64,000 bases of DNA from the human T2T-CHM13v2.0 reference genome, Homo sapiens (GCF_009914755.1 NC_060943.1); one strand, 5' to 3'; counted from the stretch's first letter, positions 1-16,940 are shown. A program made the numbers and translations. Notes: generated by a model not told the origin, from the sequence alone.

Positions 1-1310
<1,310 letters not shown>

Positions 1311-1613
1311 CTGAGGCCTAGGTCCTTGATCCACAAGAGCTCTTGTGCTTGTACTTATTAAACCACAGTCCATTGCTGAGCCTCACCCCAACTTGCTGAT
1401 TCAGGGAGGGCCCAAGAATTTGCATTGCCAAGAAATTTTCAGCTGATGGTGATGCTGCTGTTCTGGGGCCCACACTCTGAGAACCACTGCATTAAGGAAT
1501 GAAAAATGGCGGTGTTCCCATTCTAGAATTCCTTCTCTACTTCTACAGAAGAAAATTCCCTTTGGTAATCCCTGGAACCATTTGCTTAGGAAAGCTTCTC
1601 TTTCTTTCTGCAG

Positions 1614-1730
1614 GCTTTGAGCATAAGATCACAGTCCAGGCCTCTCCAACTCTGGATAAGCGGAAAGGATCCGATGGGGCCAGCCCCCCTGCAAGCCCCA
1701 GCATCATCCCCCGGCTGAGGGCCATTCGCC
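1614..1730 (+). CDS. MAP3K10: MAP3K10 (MLK2) internal coding exon, C-terminal half of CRIB motif ([18 protein letters not shown]...)
   Basis: tttctgcag| acceptor and |gtgagt donor; translation matches MLK2; frame joins next exon (RAIR-L-TPVD). Confidence 0.95.
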
Positions 1731-1891
1731 GTGAGTATCTCCCAAGGCCCTGACCAGTCAGTCAGTCAGTGAACAAACATTTTTTAGCACGATGTTTATA
1801 CCTGGCACCAAGCCAGAGTAACAGCAAGAAAGAAGACAGACAAGGCCCTTTTCCTCATTCTTATCACAGGAAACAGATAGTAAACAAATAA

Positions 1892-2152
<261 letters not shown>

Positions 2153-2289
2153 TGACCTCAAGTGATCCACCCACCTCAGCCTCACAAAGTGCTGGGATTA
2201 CAGCATGAGCCACCGCGCCCGGGCGCAGGATAATTTCTAGTAGTGATAAGTTCTTTAAAGGAGCTCAGGGAAGGGAATAAAAGAGGAGA

Positions 2290-3544
<1,255 letters not shown>

Positions 3545-3878
3545 GAAGGGTTGCGATTTTCCATCTGGAAGCCCTATGGGAGGAGGTGAGGTTTGAGCAG
3601 GGACCTTCCTGCTGAGTGAGACAGGCTGAGACCTCAGGGAAGCATGCCCCTGGCGGAGGGAGCAGCAAAGGCAAAAGCTGGAGGTGAGAACAGCATGGGC
3701 TGCTTGTTAACCTGTTTGGCTGGAGCAGAGTGAATGGGAGGAGGACATAGGTTTTGTGATCAGGGAGTTCTCAGGGGTCAGATCAGGCAGGGCCCTGAGA
3801 GCAGGATAAGAGTCTGGATTTTCCTTTCTTTTTTTTTTTTTTTTTTAATTTTCATTTGACACCTTTGGTATGGATTTT

Positions 3879-4535
<657 letters not shown>

Positions 4536-5315
4536 TGGTATGGATTTTCTTTTAACTGCCCTGGGGCAGCCCCCAGAGCCATGCGAGCAAGGCACTGAGG
4601 GAATCAAATTGACCTTTTTCCCTCTGGCTGCTGTAAGAAATAAAGGTGGAGAAAGCAGTGAGATGATGGAGGCCAGGCCAGGGTGGGGGACTTGGAAGGG
4701 ACAGATGTCCACAGTCGGGGCTATATGGCAGAGACACGGTCATCGGAGTTTCCTGGTGGGTTGAAGGGTGAAAGGCTAGCTCCCAAGTTCCAACACCTCA
4801 TTCACCCCAGCACTGTCCCCACCCACAGCCCCCCTGCCCTCTGTCTGGGCACCTGCTTTGTACCAGGCCCAGGAGGTCAGTCCTGCAGGGGACACAGAGA
4901 CAAATACCCATACCATGGCAGCAAACACTGGCACCAGATAGGTCCAGAGCATTGCAGGTACAGAGATGAAGGCAGCTGACCCCCAGGGAACTAACTACCC
5001 AGAGCTGGAGACCAGAAGCGCAGGCAGCCCGCCAGAATGAATGGTGAAGGGTTAGGCTGTGAAGAGGAGGGGAGGCTGGAGGAGTTGGCAGGGAACCGCT
5101 CATGGCCTTCAGTGCCAGGCGGAGGAGCTGGAACCTTGTCCTGACAGCAGTAGGGGGCTATGGGGAGATATATAGCAGGGAGGGTCATGACTGGAGTTCA
5201 AAAGAGCCCTTGGACTCCCAGGCGGAGGGTGGGCCTGAGCTGGGGGCACTGGAGGCTGGGAGCCCAGTGGGGACAGATCCTCCACCCAGTAACCAAGTGG
5301 CTTCTCTGGACCCAG

Positions 5316-5487
5316 TGACTCCCGTGGACTGTGGTGGCAGCAGCAGTGGCAGCAGCAGTGGAGGAAGTGGGACATGGAGCCGCGGTGGGCCCCCAAAGAA
5401 GGAAGAACTGGTCGGGGGCAAGAAGAAGGGACGAACGTGGGGGCCCAGCTCCACCCTGCAGAAGGAGCGGGTGGGAGGAGAGGAGAG
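5316..5487 (+). CDS. MAP3K10: MAP3K10 coding exon ([16 protein letters not shown]...[10 protein letters not shown]...GGEER)
   Basis: cccag| ... AG|gtgagg; MLK-family [10 protein letters not shown] motif. Confidence 0.95.
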
Positions 5488-5586
5488 GTGAGGTGTGGTG
5501 TGGTCATGCCCACCCTGTGCCCAAGCCCCAGCTCCCAGGCTCCAGGCCACAGGACTGAGGTCTCCATCTCTCCCTGGACCCCGCAG

Positions 5587-5699
5587 GCTGAAGGGGCTGG
5601 GGGAAGGAAGCAAACAGTGGTCATCAAGTGCCCCCAACCTGGGCAAGTCCCCCAAACACACACCCATCGCCCCTGGCTTTGCCAGCCTCAATGAGATGG
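5587..5699 (+). CDS. MAP3K10: MAP3K10 coding exon ([23 protein letters not shown]...)
   Basis: ccgcag| ... G|gtaaga; MLK-family QWSSSAPNL motif; preceded by a 99-nt intron. Confidence 0.95.
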
Positions 5700-6027
5700 G
5701 TAAGAGCCTGGGTTCTTGTAAGGGGGTGGGGGTTCCCTGGCCAAAGGGGTGAGCCTCCTGGGGCTGAGCGAAGAGACCAGGTTTCACTGGGCCAGTGAGT
5801 GGAAGGCCTTCCTGGGAAGGGAGATGGTGGCCCCTGGGGCGTGGGGGGTCATTTCCAGGGGCAGGGACCACCCTTCTCTGAGGCTTCTCCTGGAGACAGA
5901 TTCAAGAACGATGCTCGTGGGTCTTGGTCTTGCTGTTGGAGGGGTCATCGGGGGCTGTCCCTTGGCACAAGTCCCCGTGGGGCCCTGGCCAGCCCTGCAG
6001 CGGAGTGATGGCCCTCTCCGGTTGCAG

Positions 6028-6732
6028 AGGAGTTCGCGGAGGCAGAGGATGGAGGCAGCAGCGTGCCCCCTTCCCCCTACTCGACCCCGTCCTACCTCTC
6101 AGTGCCACTGCCTGCCGAGCCCTCCCCGGGGGCGCGGGCGCCGTGGGAGCCGACGCCGTCCGCGCCCCCCGCTCGGTGGGGACACGGCGCCCGGCGGCGC
6201 TGCGACCTGGCGCTGCTAGGCTGCGCCACGCTGCTGGGGGCTGTGGGCCTGGGCGCCGACGTGGCCGAGGCGCGCGCGGCCGACGGTGAGGAGCAGCGGC
6301 GCTGGCTCGACGGCCTCTTCTTTCCCCGCGCCGGCCGCTTCCCGCGGGGCCTCAGCCCACCCGCGCGTCCCCACGGCCGCCGCGAAGACGTGGGCCCCGG
6401 CCTGGGCCTGGCGCCCTCGGCCACCCTCGTGTCGCTGTCGTCCGTGTCCGACTGCAACTCCACGCGTTCACTGCTGCGCTCTGACAGTGACGAGGCCGCA
6501 CCGGCCGCGCCCTCCCCACCACCCTCCCCGCCCGCGCCCACACCCACGCCCTCGCCCAGCACCAACCCCCTGGTGGACCTGGAGCTGGAGAGCTTCAAGA
6601 AGGACCCCCGCCAGTCGCTCACGCCCACCCACGTCACGGCTGCATGCGCTGTGAGCCGCGGGCACCGGCGGACGCCATCGGACGGGGCGCTGGGGCAGCG
6701 GGGGCCGCCCGAGCCCGCGGGCCATGGCCCTG
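6028..6732 (+). CDS. MAP3K10: MAP3K10 penultimate coding exon, Pro-rich; coincides with an intragenic CpG island
   Basis: ttgcag| ... G|gtgagt; overlaps ORF 6063..6740; [22 protein letters not shown] and HRRTPSDG motifs. Confidence 0.95.
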
Positions 6733-7480
6733 GTGAGTGAGGCGCCCTGCACCCAGGTCACAGAAAACCCCTTCTTTCCTCCTCTGCCAGGGTCGCAAGT
6801 CCAGCCCAGCCACGACCCCTCAGGCAGCCACCTCCTGCTTCTTGTGGAGGAGGGAGGGTCTGTGTCCCTTTACCGCTCACTCCTGGAGGCATCGGGGGTC
6901 TCCAGGGGACTGAGACACAGGCGGCAAACTGATGCCTATAAGGCCAGGCAGGTGCCTATAGCGGTTGTGACCAGCATGACCATCGCCAATTCTTACACAG
7001 CCTAGACACTGTTCTCCTCCATCTGTTAACTGGGTGGGAGATGCGGCCATAGCAGTGTTATTAAGTACCCACGTCAGGCACTGTGCTGCTTGTTTTAAGT
7101 TATGGTTATTCTATTTGCTCCTCACCTGCGTGGTGAGGCACCATTTTTATCCCCCTTCAGAGCTAAGCCATGCCTGAGCTTAGCCCAGTGCAGGAGAGTC
7201 GGGAAGACCAGGGCTTTGGCCCCCGAGGCTGCCGCTAAGCAGCAGTTCCAGAAGGTTGAGGAACATGCCAGGGTCCACCCAGAGGAGCAAGCAGCTGGGA
7301 GTGGTCCCAGTCTAGGTCAAGGTCCCAGCACTGCCACACTACAGATGGAAACTGGATGCAGCAAGATCCACGGATTTCTCGAGAGAAACCAGAACTTGTG
7401 CTTTTCATGTAACAGCTCTGGGCTTTTTAATGCCACCCTCTGCCCCACCCCACTCACCTCCTCTGAACCTCTCTTACCAG

Positions 7481-7803
7481 GCCCTCGTGACCTTCTGGAC
7501 TTCCCCCGCCTGCCCGACCCCCAGGCCCTGTTCCCAGCCCGCCGCCGGCCCCCTGAGTTCCCAGGCCGCCCCACCACCCTGACCTTTGCCCCGAGACCTC
7601 GGCCGGCTGCCAGTCGCCCCCGCTTGGACCCCTGGAAACTGGTCTCCTTCGGCCGGACACTCACCATCTCGCCTCCCAGCAGGCCAGACACTCCGGAGAG
7701 CCCTGGGCCCCCCAGCGTGCAGCCCACACTGCTGGACATGGACATGGAGGGGCAGAACCAAGACAGCACAGTGCCCCTGTGCGGGGCCCACGGCTCCCAC
7801 TAA
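7481..7803 (+). CDS. MAP3K10: MAP3K10 last coding exon (...[26 protein letters not shown])
   Basis: ttaccag| acceptor; TAA at 7801-7803; MLK C-terminal motif. Confidence 0.95.
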
Positions 7804-8062
7804 GGCCTGCCCACCACCGCCCGCCTGGGCAGCCATGAATGTAGCGCCCCAGGCCCTGCCCCAGCCCGCCATGCCACAAGGTGGGGGAGGCCCTGGGCAG
7901 GATGTTCACTCTATTTATTGGGGAAGGAGGGAGGGGGGGGACACTTAACTTATTCCTTTGTACCCCAGGGGGTGGAGCCCTGTGCCCACCCTGCACTGGG
8001 GGGAGGGTGGGCAGGGATACTCAGGGACAGGGCATCATGGGGGATTTGGCACAAAATGGAGC

Positions 8063-8068
8063 ATTAAA
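8063..8068 (+). terminator. MAP3K10: MAP3K10 polyadenylation signal ATTAAA
   Basis: ATTAAA 260 nt after the stop, followed by a GU/U-rich stretch (ttgattgtgttcctttt). Confidence 0.8.
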
Positions 8069-8112
8069 GGTAACCCCTGCCCCCTACCGCACTTGATTGT
8101 GTTCCTTTTTCC

Positions 8113-8417
8113 TTTTTTTTTTTTTTTTTTTTTTGGAGACAGAGTCTTGCTCTGTTGCCCAGGCTGGAGTGCAGTGGCACCATCTCAGCTCACTGCAACC
8201 TCCGCCTCCTGGGTTCAAGTGATTCTTCTGCCTCAGCCTCATGAGTAGCTGGGACTACAGGCTCCCGCCACCACACCCAGATAATTTTTGTATTTTTGGT
8301 AGAGACAGGGTTTCACCATGTCGACCAGGCTGCTCTCAAACTCCTGACCTCAAGTGATCCACCCATCTCGGCCTCCCAAAATGCTGGGATTACAGGCGTG
8401 AGCCACTGCGCCTGGCC
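8113..8417 (-). mobile_element. Alu filling most of the MAP3K10-TTC9B intergenic gap
   Basis: poly-T followed by reverse Alu consensus. Confidence 0.9.
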
Positions 8418-8673
8418 TAGACTGTTTCTTTCCCTGGCCCAGGCCCTGATGCTGGGTCATCCCAGTGGAACATTCCCCCCGACCCCACACACCCTCCCTG
8501 GGCTTCTCTGGGTTTCTAAGGTCCAAGGGATGAGGCCCTCCCTGGTCCCCCCAAGAACACCACACAAGTTATGATCACCAGTGACAAGTGTTTTACCAAC
8601 AAACACATGAGTCGGGGGAAGTTACATGGTGAGGTGGGAGGGCGAGGGATAGAGAGGTCCCCCTGGATTGGCC

Positions 8674-8783
8674 TCAGCCAATTACATCCCGAGTCTGGGA
8701 CCCAGCCCCACTGTCTTCCCGCTGGAGGCTGCAACGATTCATCTTCAGCTGAGTCAGCTGGATGTAGCGGAGCACATTGGTGT
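8674..8783 (-). CDS. TTC9B: TTC9B exon 3 (DTNVLRYIQLTQLKMNRCSLQREDSGAGSQTRDVIG*)
   Basis: cctgcag| acceptor; TGA at 8676-8674; exons sum to 720 nt = 239 aa + stop. Confidence 0.92.
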
Positions 8784-9605
8784 CTGCAGGGGAGGTGGGC
8801 AGGGCATCATCTGGGTGTCCCGGGGCAGCAGGTGACTTCCACACCTCCCTGGCTCACACCCCATTCTCCGAAGTATCCAGCAGCTCGCTCACACAGCCAG
8901 TAGAGCCAGAGCCCTTCCCCAAAGCCCCAGTCACAGTCGGCAGTCCCCAGTCACAGCGGAGCCATCGCACACCTCTGTGCGCCTGTATTTGCGGCACCCT
9001 CTGCCAGGAATGCCTCTTCGCAGAGGCTCCCGTCACACTTCTCATCCTCCAGCGACATCTGCAAGAAGTCTGTTCTCTCCGAGCCACTTAACAGGAAAAC
9101 TAATCTCGTCTCGGCTCCCACAACCCTGCACCTGTTGTAATCCCTCTTCCTTCTTCATTGGCTCTTAATACAAAACTGAGTGTTGTGTCTGCCCTCCTGC
9201 ACTCATGTGTGTAAGTGCACACATGCACGCACACACACACACACCCCAATTTCCTGGCATCGCCCACCCGAGTGGATGAGTGGATGGTGCAGGAAGTGAA
9301 TGAATAGGTGTGCGTGAATGGGTGAGTGGAGGAATGAGTGTGTGCGGTAGGCAGGGGTGGGACGGGGTAATGGAGATGACAGTGGGTGGATAGGGAAGTG
9401 ACTGAGCAGGTGAATAGGAGATATCAGATGTGGCAATGACGGTAGATGAGAAATGGCCGGGGAGATGTCAGAGGAGCGATAGGTGGACGGATGTTTGAAT
9501 GGCGGGTGAAGGGCGGGGTGGATGAATGGATGAGTGGGCGTGTAGGGAGTAGGTGGGTGGCGCAGCCCTACCTAGAAGCAGCTCCGCGGGAGGAGGGCTC
9601 TGCTA

Positions 9606-10307
<702 letters not shown>

Positions 10308-10465
10308 CTACCCCTAATCCCTTTCCTTGATCAAGCTCTGAAGGCTCCCCCAGAAGCCCACAGCCCTGGACCCTTCAGCCCCAGGGCCCCTGGCCCCCAA
10401 GTCGCCAAGCTCTCCCGATTGCCCCCTCCCCTCGTGCCCCATCCCCCCACCCCCCGACGGCGTAC

Positions 10466-10892
10466 CCGTGAGGGAGTCGTAACACTCCACCTCCGTGCTC
10501 TCCACCAGGCGCCGCTGCTCCTCGCTGAGGCGCGCCGGCCCGGGGCTGCTGGTGGGCCCGGGGGCGGGGGCGGGCAGGCCGCTAGGGCGGGCCCCCTGCG
10601 CCGCCTTCAGCTGCAGCAGCGCTCGGTGGTACTTGCCGATGGCCTCCCGGAACTTCTTCTCTCGATAGCAGCGCTGGCCCTCTGCCTTGAACGCCACGGC
10701 GGCACGCAGGCTGCTGTCGAGCGCCGCGCCCAGGCTCCCCGACGGCTCTGGGGTAGGACCGGGACGAGCCGAGCCATGGCGGGAGCCCGAGCCTGGGCCC
10801 GAGCCCGGTGGGGAGAGGGCGGGAGGCGGGCGCGGCGGAGGCTCCGGGGCAGCGCTGAGCATCAGCACCGGGGACAGCGCGCCGCGCTGCAT
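10466..10892 (-). CDS. TTC9B: TTC9B exon 1 CDS (TPR protein; MQRGALSP...FKAEGQRCYREKKFREAIGKYHRAL...YDSLT)
   Basis: ATG at 10892; G|gtacgc donor; TPR helix; lies in a CpG island. Confidence 0.93.
10861..10881 (+). promoter_or_regulatory. RE1/NRSE (REST-binding) element inside TTC9B codons 4-11
   Basis: ATCAGCACCggGGACAGCGCG vs consensus TTCAGCACCacGGACAGCGCC; both half-site cores intact with a 2-bp spacer. Confidence 0.8.
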
Positions 10893-11398
10893 TGTGGGAA
10901 ACTCCTGCCGCCGCCGCTGCAGCTACCGCATCGCCCCCCGCGGGGCTGGTCCCCACCCTTTCTCCGCCCCCTCACCTCCGGCAGCCGACTCCGGCTGCCC
11001 CCTATGGGTCTAGGGAAACCCCTCGAGACTTCCCCCATGCTCACTCTCAAATTAACCAAGTCCTAGTTCTCCAGCCCGCCCCCCGAATTGTTCCCATTCC
11101 CCTTACCCTCCCCAACCTCCTGCCTGCTCTCCTCCCCGGTGCCCAAAGCTCCCGAAGATTTCTAGAAGGAAAGGACGAGCCTGGGGGAAAGAGCAGGAAG
11201 ACATCAGCCTCACGGAAAGCTGGCTCTCAGCCCACTGGCCATTTGGCATATCGAATGAGAACACAGGATTTGGACCCAAGCTTCCCAAATTCAAATCCCT
11301 GCTTACTTTCTCACTAGTGGTATGACTTAGACAGCTCGCTTAAACTACCTGGAACTCTGTATCCTCATCAGTAACATGGCACAATAATATCACCTTTA

Positions 11399-11847
<449 letters not shown>

Positions 11848-13143
11848 TTAATTTATGAAACAAATATTCACTGACATCCTTTCTGTGCCCAGCTCTGTGC
11901 TGGATGATGCTGGGACATAGCAGACACTGCGTGAGCTTCAGACCCTACTCTCACTGGGCCCCAGTTCAGTGGGAAGACAGACCAGTGACCAGACAGTGAC
12001 AGCCCTGAGCAGGCTAGCCTGGGAAGCACAGGCAGAGGGGTCGGGGCCGAGGTGGAAGAGGCACAGGCAGAGGGGTCGGGGCTGGGATGTGGGAGGTACC
12101 TGCCCTGGGCTGAGGTGGTGATAAAGTCTTCCTGGAGGAGGGAATAACTCTAAAAACAAGAGAGATCTCCTTCTTGCCCTCATCCAGCTCGGCTGTCTAT
12201 GGGGGAAAACAAGTGAGAGGGCAAACAAGTCCCCAGGAAAGGAAGCATGCAGGAGGCTTTCAAGAAAAAAATCGAGGATGAATGAGTCAACTGCCCTTCA
12301 GTCCTCCTTTGCCGCCTCCTTAGCTGTGGGACCTGGGCCAAGTTCCTCGATCCTCCTCCTTCGGCTTCGTCTGTGCGACATGAGGATAGAAGGCAAGTTA
12401 ACCTCAGAGCGGTTGCAGAGACTGAATTATCTTATGCAGGTAAGGCACTTAGCACAGGGCTTCATACATTAATGGGCAATTAACAACTGGTGTTTCTTAT
12501 CGTCCATTAGACTCTGAGTCATGTGATCATGAGTGCCTGGCTCTGAGTCAGCATCCATATATAGTTGTTGAATGAATGAGTGTGTGAGTGAATGGCATTA
12601 TGCATTACTACTCCTCCCCCTCCTCTGAGACTCTAGCTTGGGTCTCAGCCCCAGGCCTCCCCACTCTCCCCAACTCCACCCCCACAGCACATCCTCTAGC
12701 TGGAGGTCCCATGGCAGGTCACATGTGACAGACAGAAACCAGAACTCAGCACCTTCCATCTCAACCAGAGCATCTGCCTCTATCTCTTATTGTACTTTGC
12801 TGTAAAACGCTTTTGCTGAGTGAGTTTCTCCCTTATCCCTGGGGTCCAGCCTTGAACACCTCAGGGGTGCAAACATTTTCCTCTCTGCATCTCCAAACCC
12901 AGGCTCAGTTAGGAGTGTAAAACTCATGAATTTGAGTTCTTGAGCAGTGCACACACCTTTCCCTACCTCCGGTGTGTCTGTTTTGTAATGAAAAACACAG
13001 AGATCTGGCTGGGCGCAGTGACTCACACCTGTAATCCCAGGACTTTGGAAGGCCGGGGCAAGTGGATCACCTGAATTCAGGAGTTCGAGACCAGCCTGGG
13101 CAACATGGCAAAACCTTGTCTCTACCAAAAATACAAAAAATTA

Positions 13144-13383
<240 letters not shown>

Positions 13384-13920
13384 CTAAAATCACAGTCCTG
13401 CTGGGATGCAATGCTAACACTTTTACAACACCTCCTAGGTGTCAGACATTGTCATAAAGAGCTTTCCCTTTTATTTATTTTTTATTATTTATTTTGAGAT
13501 GGAGTCTTGCACTGTCGCCGGGGCTGGAGTGCAATGACGTGACCTCGGCTCACGGCAACATCCACCTTCCGGGTTCAAGCGATTTTCTTGCATCAGCCTC
13601 CTGAGTAGCTCGGATTATAGAAGCCCGCCACCACACCCAGCTAATTTGTTGCATTTTTAGTAGAGACGGGGTTTCACTATGTTGACCAGGCCGGTCCCAA
13701 ACTCCTGACCTCGTGATCCGCCCGCCTCGGTCTCCCAGAGTGCTGGGATTATAGACTTGAGCCATCGCACCTGGCTGCTTTACGTATATTTTAACTCACA
13801 TCCTCACCACAGTGTCAGGAGGTTGGTACCATAATTATCCCCACTGACACCTGGGCACTTCCCAGGTTAAGTATATCAGACCCCATTGATAAAACTCTTA
13901 CTATCCAGGACTTACTACTA

Positions 13921-14342
<422 letters not shown>

Positions 14343-14624
14343 TTAGTTGACATCTAAACGCAGATATGGAATTGCAGAATCTCAGGTTTACTTGAATAAG
14401 ATCTGAAAATCCGGCAACATCGAGGTAGCATTTCTTCTGACCGGGATGGGCATTCTCAACTCCCCCACAGTCCCCATCTCTTGTGATTTTTTGCCAGTCC
14501 TTAAGGGATCCCAGTTTTATCCCGCTGAATGACTCTTGGGGAAGCCCGCCATTGCCCCCTGGTGGAGGAGTTCAGAATTTGCATTTTATCTCCCAGCAAC
14601 CATTAAAGGAAGTGGTGAGCACAT

Positions 14625-14693
14625 CCAATCAGAGGGATGCGAGGCCTAGAAAGCGACCAATCAAAAGCGAGAGGGGACCGGAATTCGACCAAT
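14625..14693 (+). promoter_or_regulatory. Three CCAAT (NF-Y) boxes at 32-bp spacing
   Basis: CCAAT at 14625, 14657 and 14689 with NF-Y-type flanks (CCAATCAG, ACCAATCA, ACCAATGAG). Confidence 0.65.
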
Positions 14694-14727
14694 GAGGGCA
14701 GAGAGCGCTCAGAATAAAATAAATTCT

Positions 14728-14733
14728 TTTATT
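14728..14733 (-). terminator. CCNP: CCNP polyadenylation signal AATAAA
   Basis: tttatt on +, followed on - by U-rich tttattttatt. Confidence 0.8.
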
Positions 14734-14807
14734 GAGATGAGAGACGGACACACACTGGGAGGGTTTTGTTTTTTGTTGTTGATTTTTTTGTGACTGAGTC
14801 CCAGTAC

Positions 14808-14973
14808 TCAGGGAGGCTCAGACTGGAGGCGGCGGAGCAGGCAGGCGGCGGCAAGGCTGGTCCCCTGGCGCTGGGGCCGCGCATACTTGAGGAAGACTGC
14901 GGCGCGACCCGGCGCGGGACCTCGGAGCGCAGCGCGGGCCATGCACGGCTCGAGGGTGCCCAGTTCCTCGGGG
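14808..14973 (-). CDS. CCNP: Putative CCNP terminal coding exon 6 (SPEELGTLEPCMARAALRGPAPGRAAVFLKYARPQRQGTSL…*)
   Basis: strong acceptor ccatctccctgctgcag|; in frame with donor TACAG|gtgtag at 15653/15652; resembles cyclin A/B C-termini; AATAAA 75 nt after stop. Confidence 0.7.
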
Positions 14974-15552
14974 CTGCAGCAGGGAGATGGAGAAACTGAG
15001 GCAGGGCAAGTGGTTGGAGATGACCCATCCTTGGAACTGGAGACTGGAGGCTGAGAAGAAGCGTCGATGTGGTTCCCCACGGACGGGTCGGGGGCTCTCT
15101 TGAGATCGGGCACGCGTCCCGTCTTCAACTGGAGTGACTAGGCGAGCACCGGGGAGAGGTGGACACCCTATTCTTCCTACAGGGCGCGGCTAGTGCGGAG
15201 TCAGAACACTCGAGGAAGCAAGGAGGGGAGCTGAGGATGGGCAGCCATCCTCTCTATGCTGGGTGCACAGGCTGAGGGAAACCATGGTTCGCCCTGCCAC
15301 CTGGTAGCATGGTTAGCGGCCCTAGCAGCTAAAGGAACACCCCATCCACCACCAGATACAGAGATGGAGGACTCGAGGCCTGGGTGATCCTTCGTTCTCA
15401 GCCCTGGAAGGCAATAGGAGCATCTTCTGGGCCTGGGAGACTATCTTCCACTCTGGGGCAAGGTTAAGAGACCCCAGATCTGGACTAATGGGGTCCTCCC
15501 ACCCCATTCTCTCCCACACCCAGAAAAATCAAGTCTAGGTGCCACCTCCTCC

Positions 15553-16098
<546 letters not shown>

Positions 16099-16940
16099 TT
16101 ACTCCCTGCCCTGGAAAGGCCCCAAGTTCCGGACCTCAGTTTCCTGGTGTGTAAAATGGGGCCATTGACTTGTGTCTGGAAGTCGTAGAGAGCACGGGCT
16201 TGAGGGTCCTGGGTTCAAGACCTAGGTTCGAGTTCAAACCCCATCATCTGCTCACTGTGTGACATAGGACATTCACTTAAGCTCTCTGCCTCAGCTACCC
16301 CCCGCCCCCCGTAAAACAGATACTACTCCCTGCTTCACCAGGCAGTTCTGATAAGGCACTGAATTCATGCATGTTGACGGTAACTATTCAAGATGGACTA
16401 GTTTATATTATTTTTATTTACTTTTCTAAATTAGAGACGAGGTCACCTTGGCTCCCCAAAGTGATTTGTTTTGTTTTTTTTTGTTGTTGTTGTTTGTTTT
16501 TTTGGAGTGCAGTAGCGCGATCTCACCTCACAGCAACCTCCGCCTCCTGGGTTCAAGCAATTATCCTACTTCAGCCTCCTGAGTAGCTGGGCCTACAGGC
16601 GTGCACCACCACACCTGGCTAATTTTTATATTTTTAGTAGAGACAGGGTTTCACCATGTTGGTCAGGCTGGTCTCAAACTCCTGATCTCAAGTGATCTGC
16701 CGGTTTCAGCCTTCCAAGGTGCTGAGATTACAGGCGTGAGCCACCACCCCCAGCCTTAAGACAGACTATTCTAGACTGAGTCCAAGTTCCAACTGCTTGA
16801 TTTGGGGCAAATGTCTTCCTCTCTCTGAGCCTCGGTCTCCTCTTCTGTTTAAGGGACACATTGACAGCCCCTCCCTCATACATGTTGGGAATCCCAGACT
16901 CAGCACGGTGCTTGGCACACAGTAGTCACTGAATCAGTTA

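Noticed and set aside
5336-5361. 12-bp duplication encoding GSSSGSSS in MAP3K10
   Set aside because: Ordinary low-complexity linker
7102-7480. In-frame extension upstream of the MAP3K10 last exon
   Set aside because: Intronic; retaining the intron hits TGA right after the donor (6738-6740)
5109-7872. Many long overlapping ORFs around MAP3K10 exons
   Set aside because: Shadow or alternate frames in very GC-rich sequence; the spliced MAP3K10 frame explains the signal
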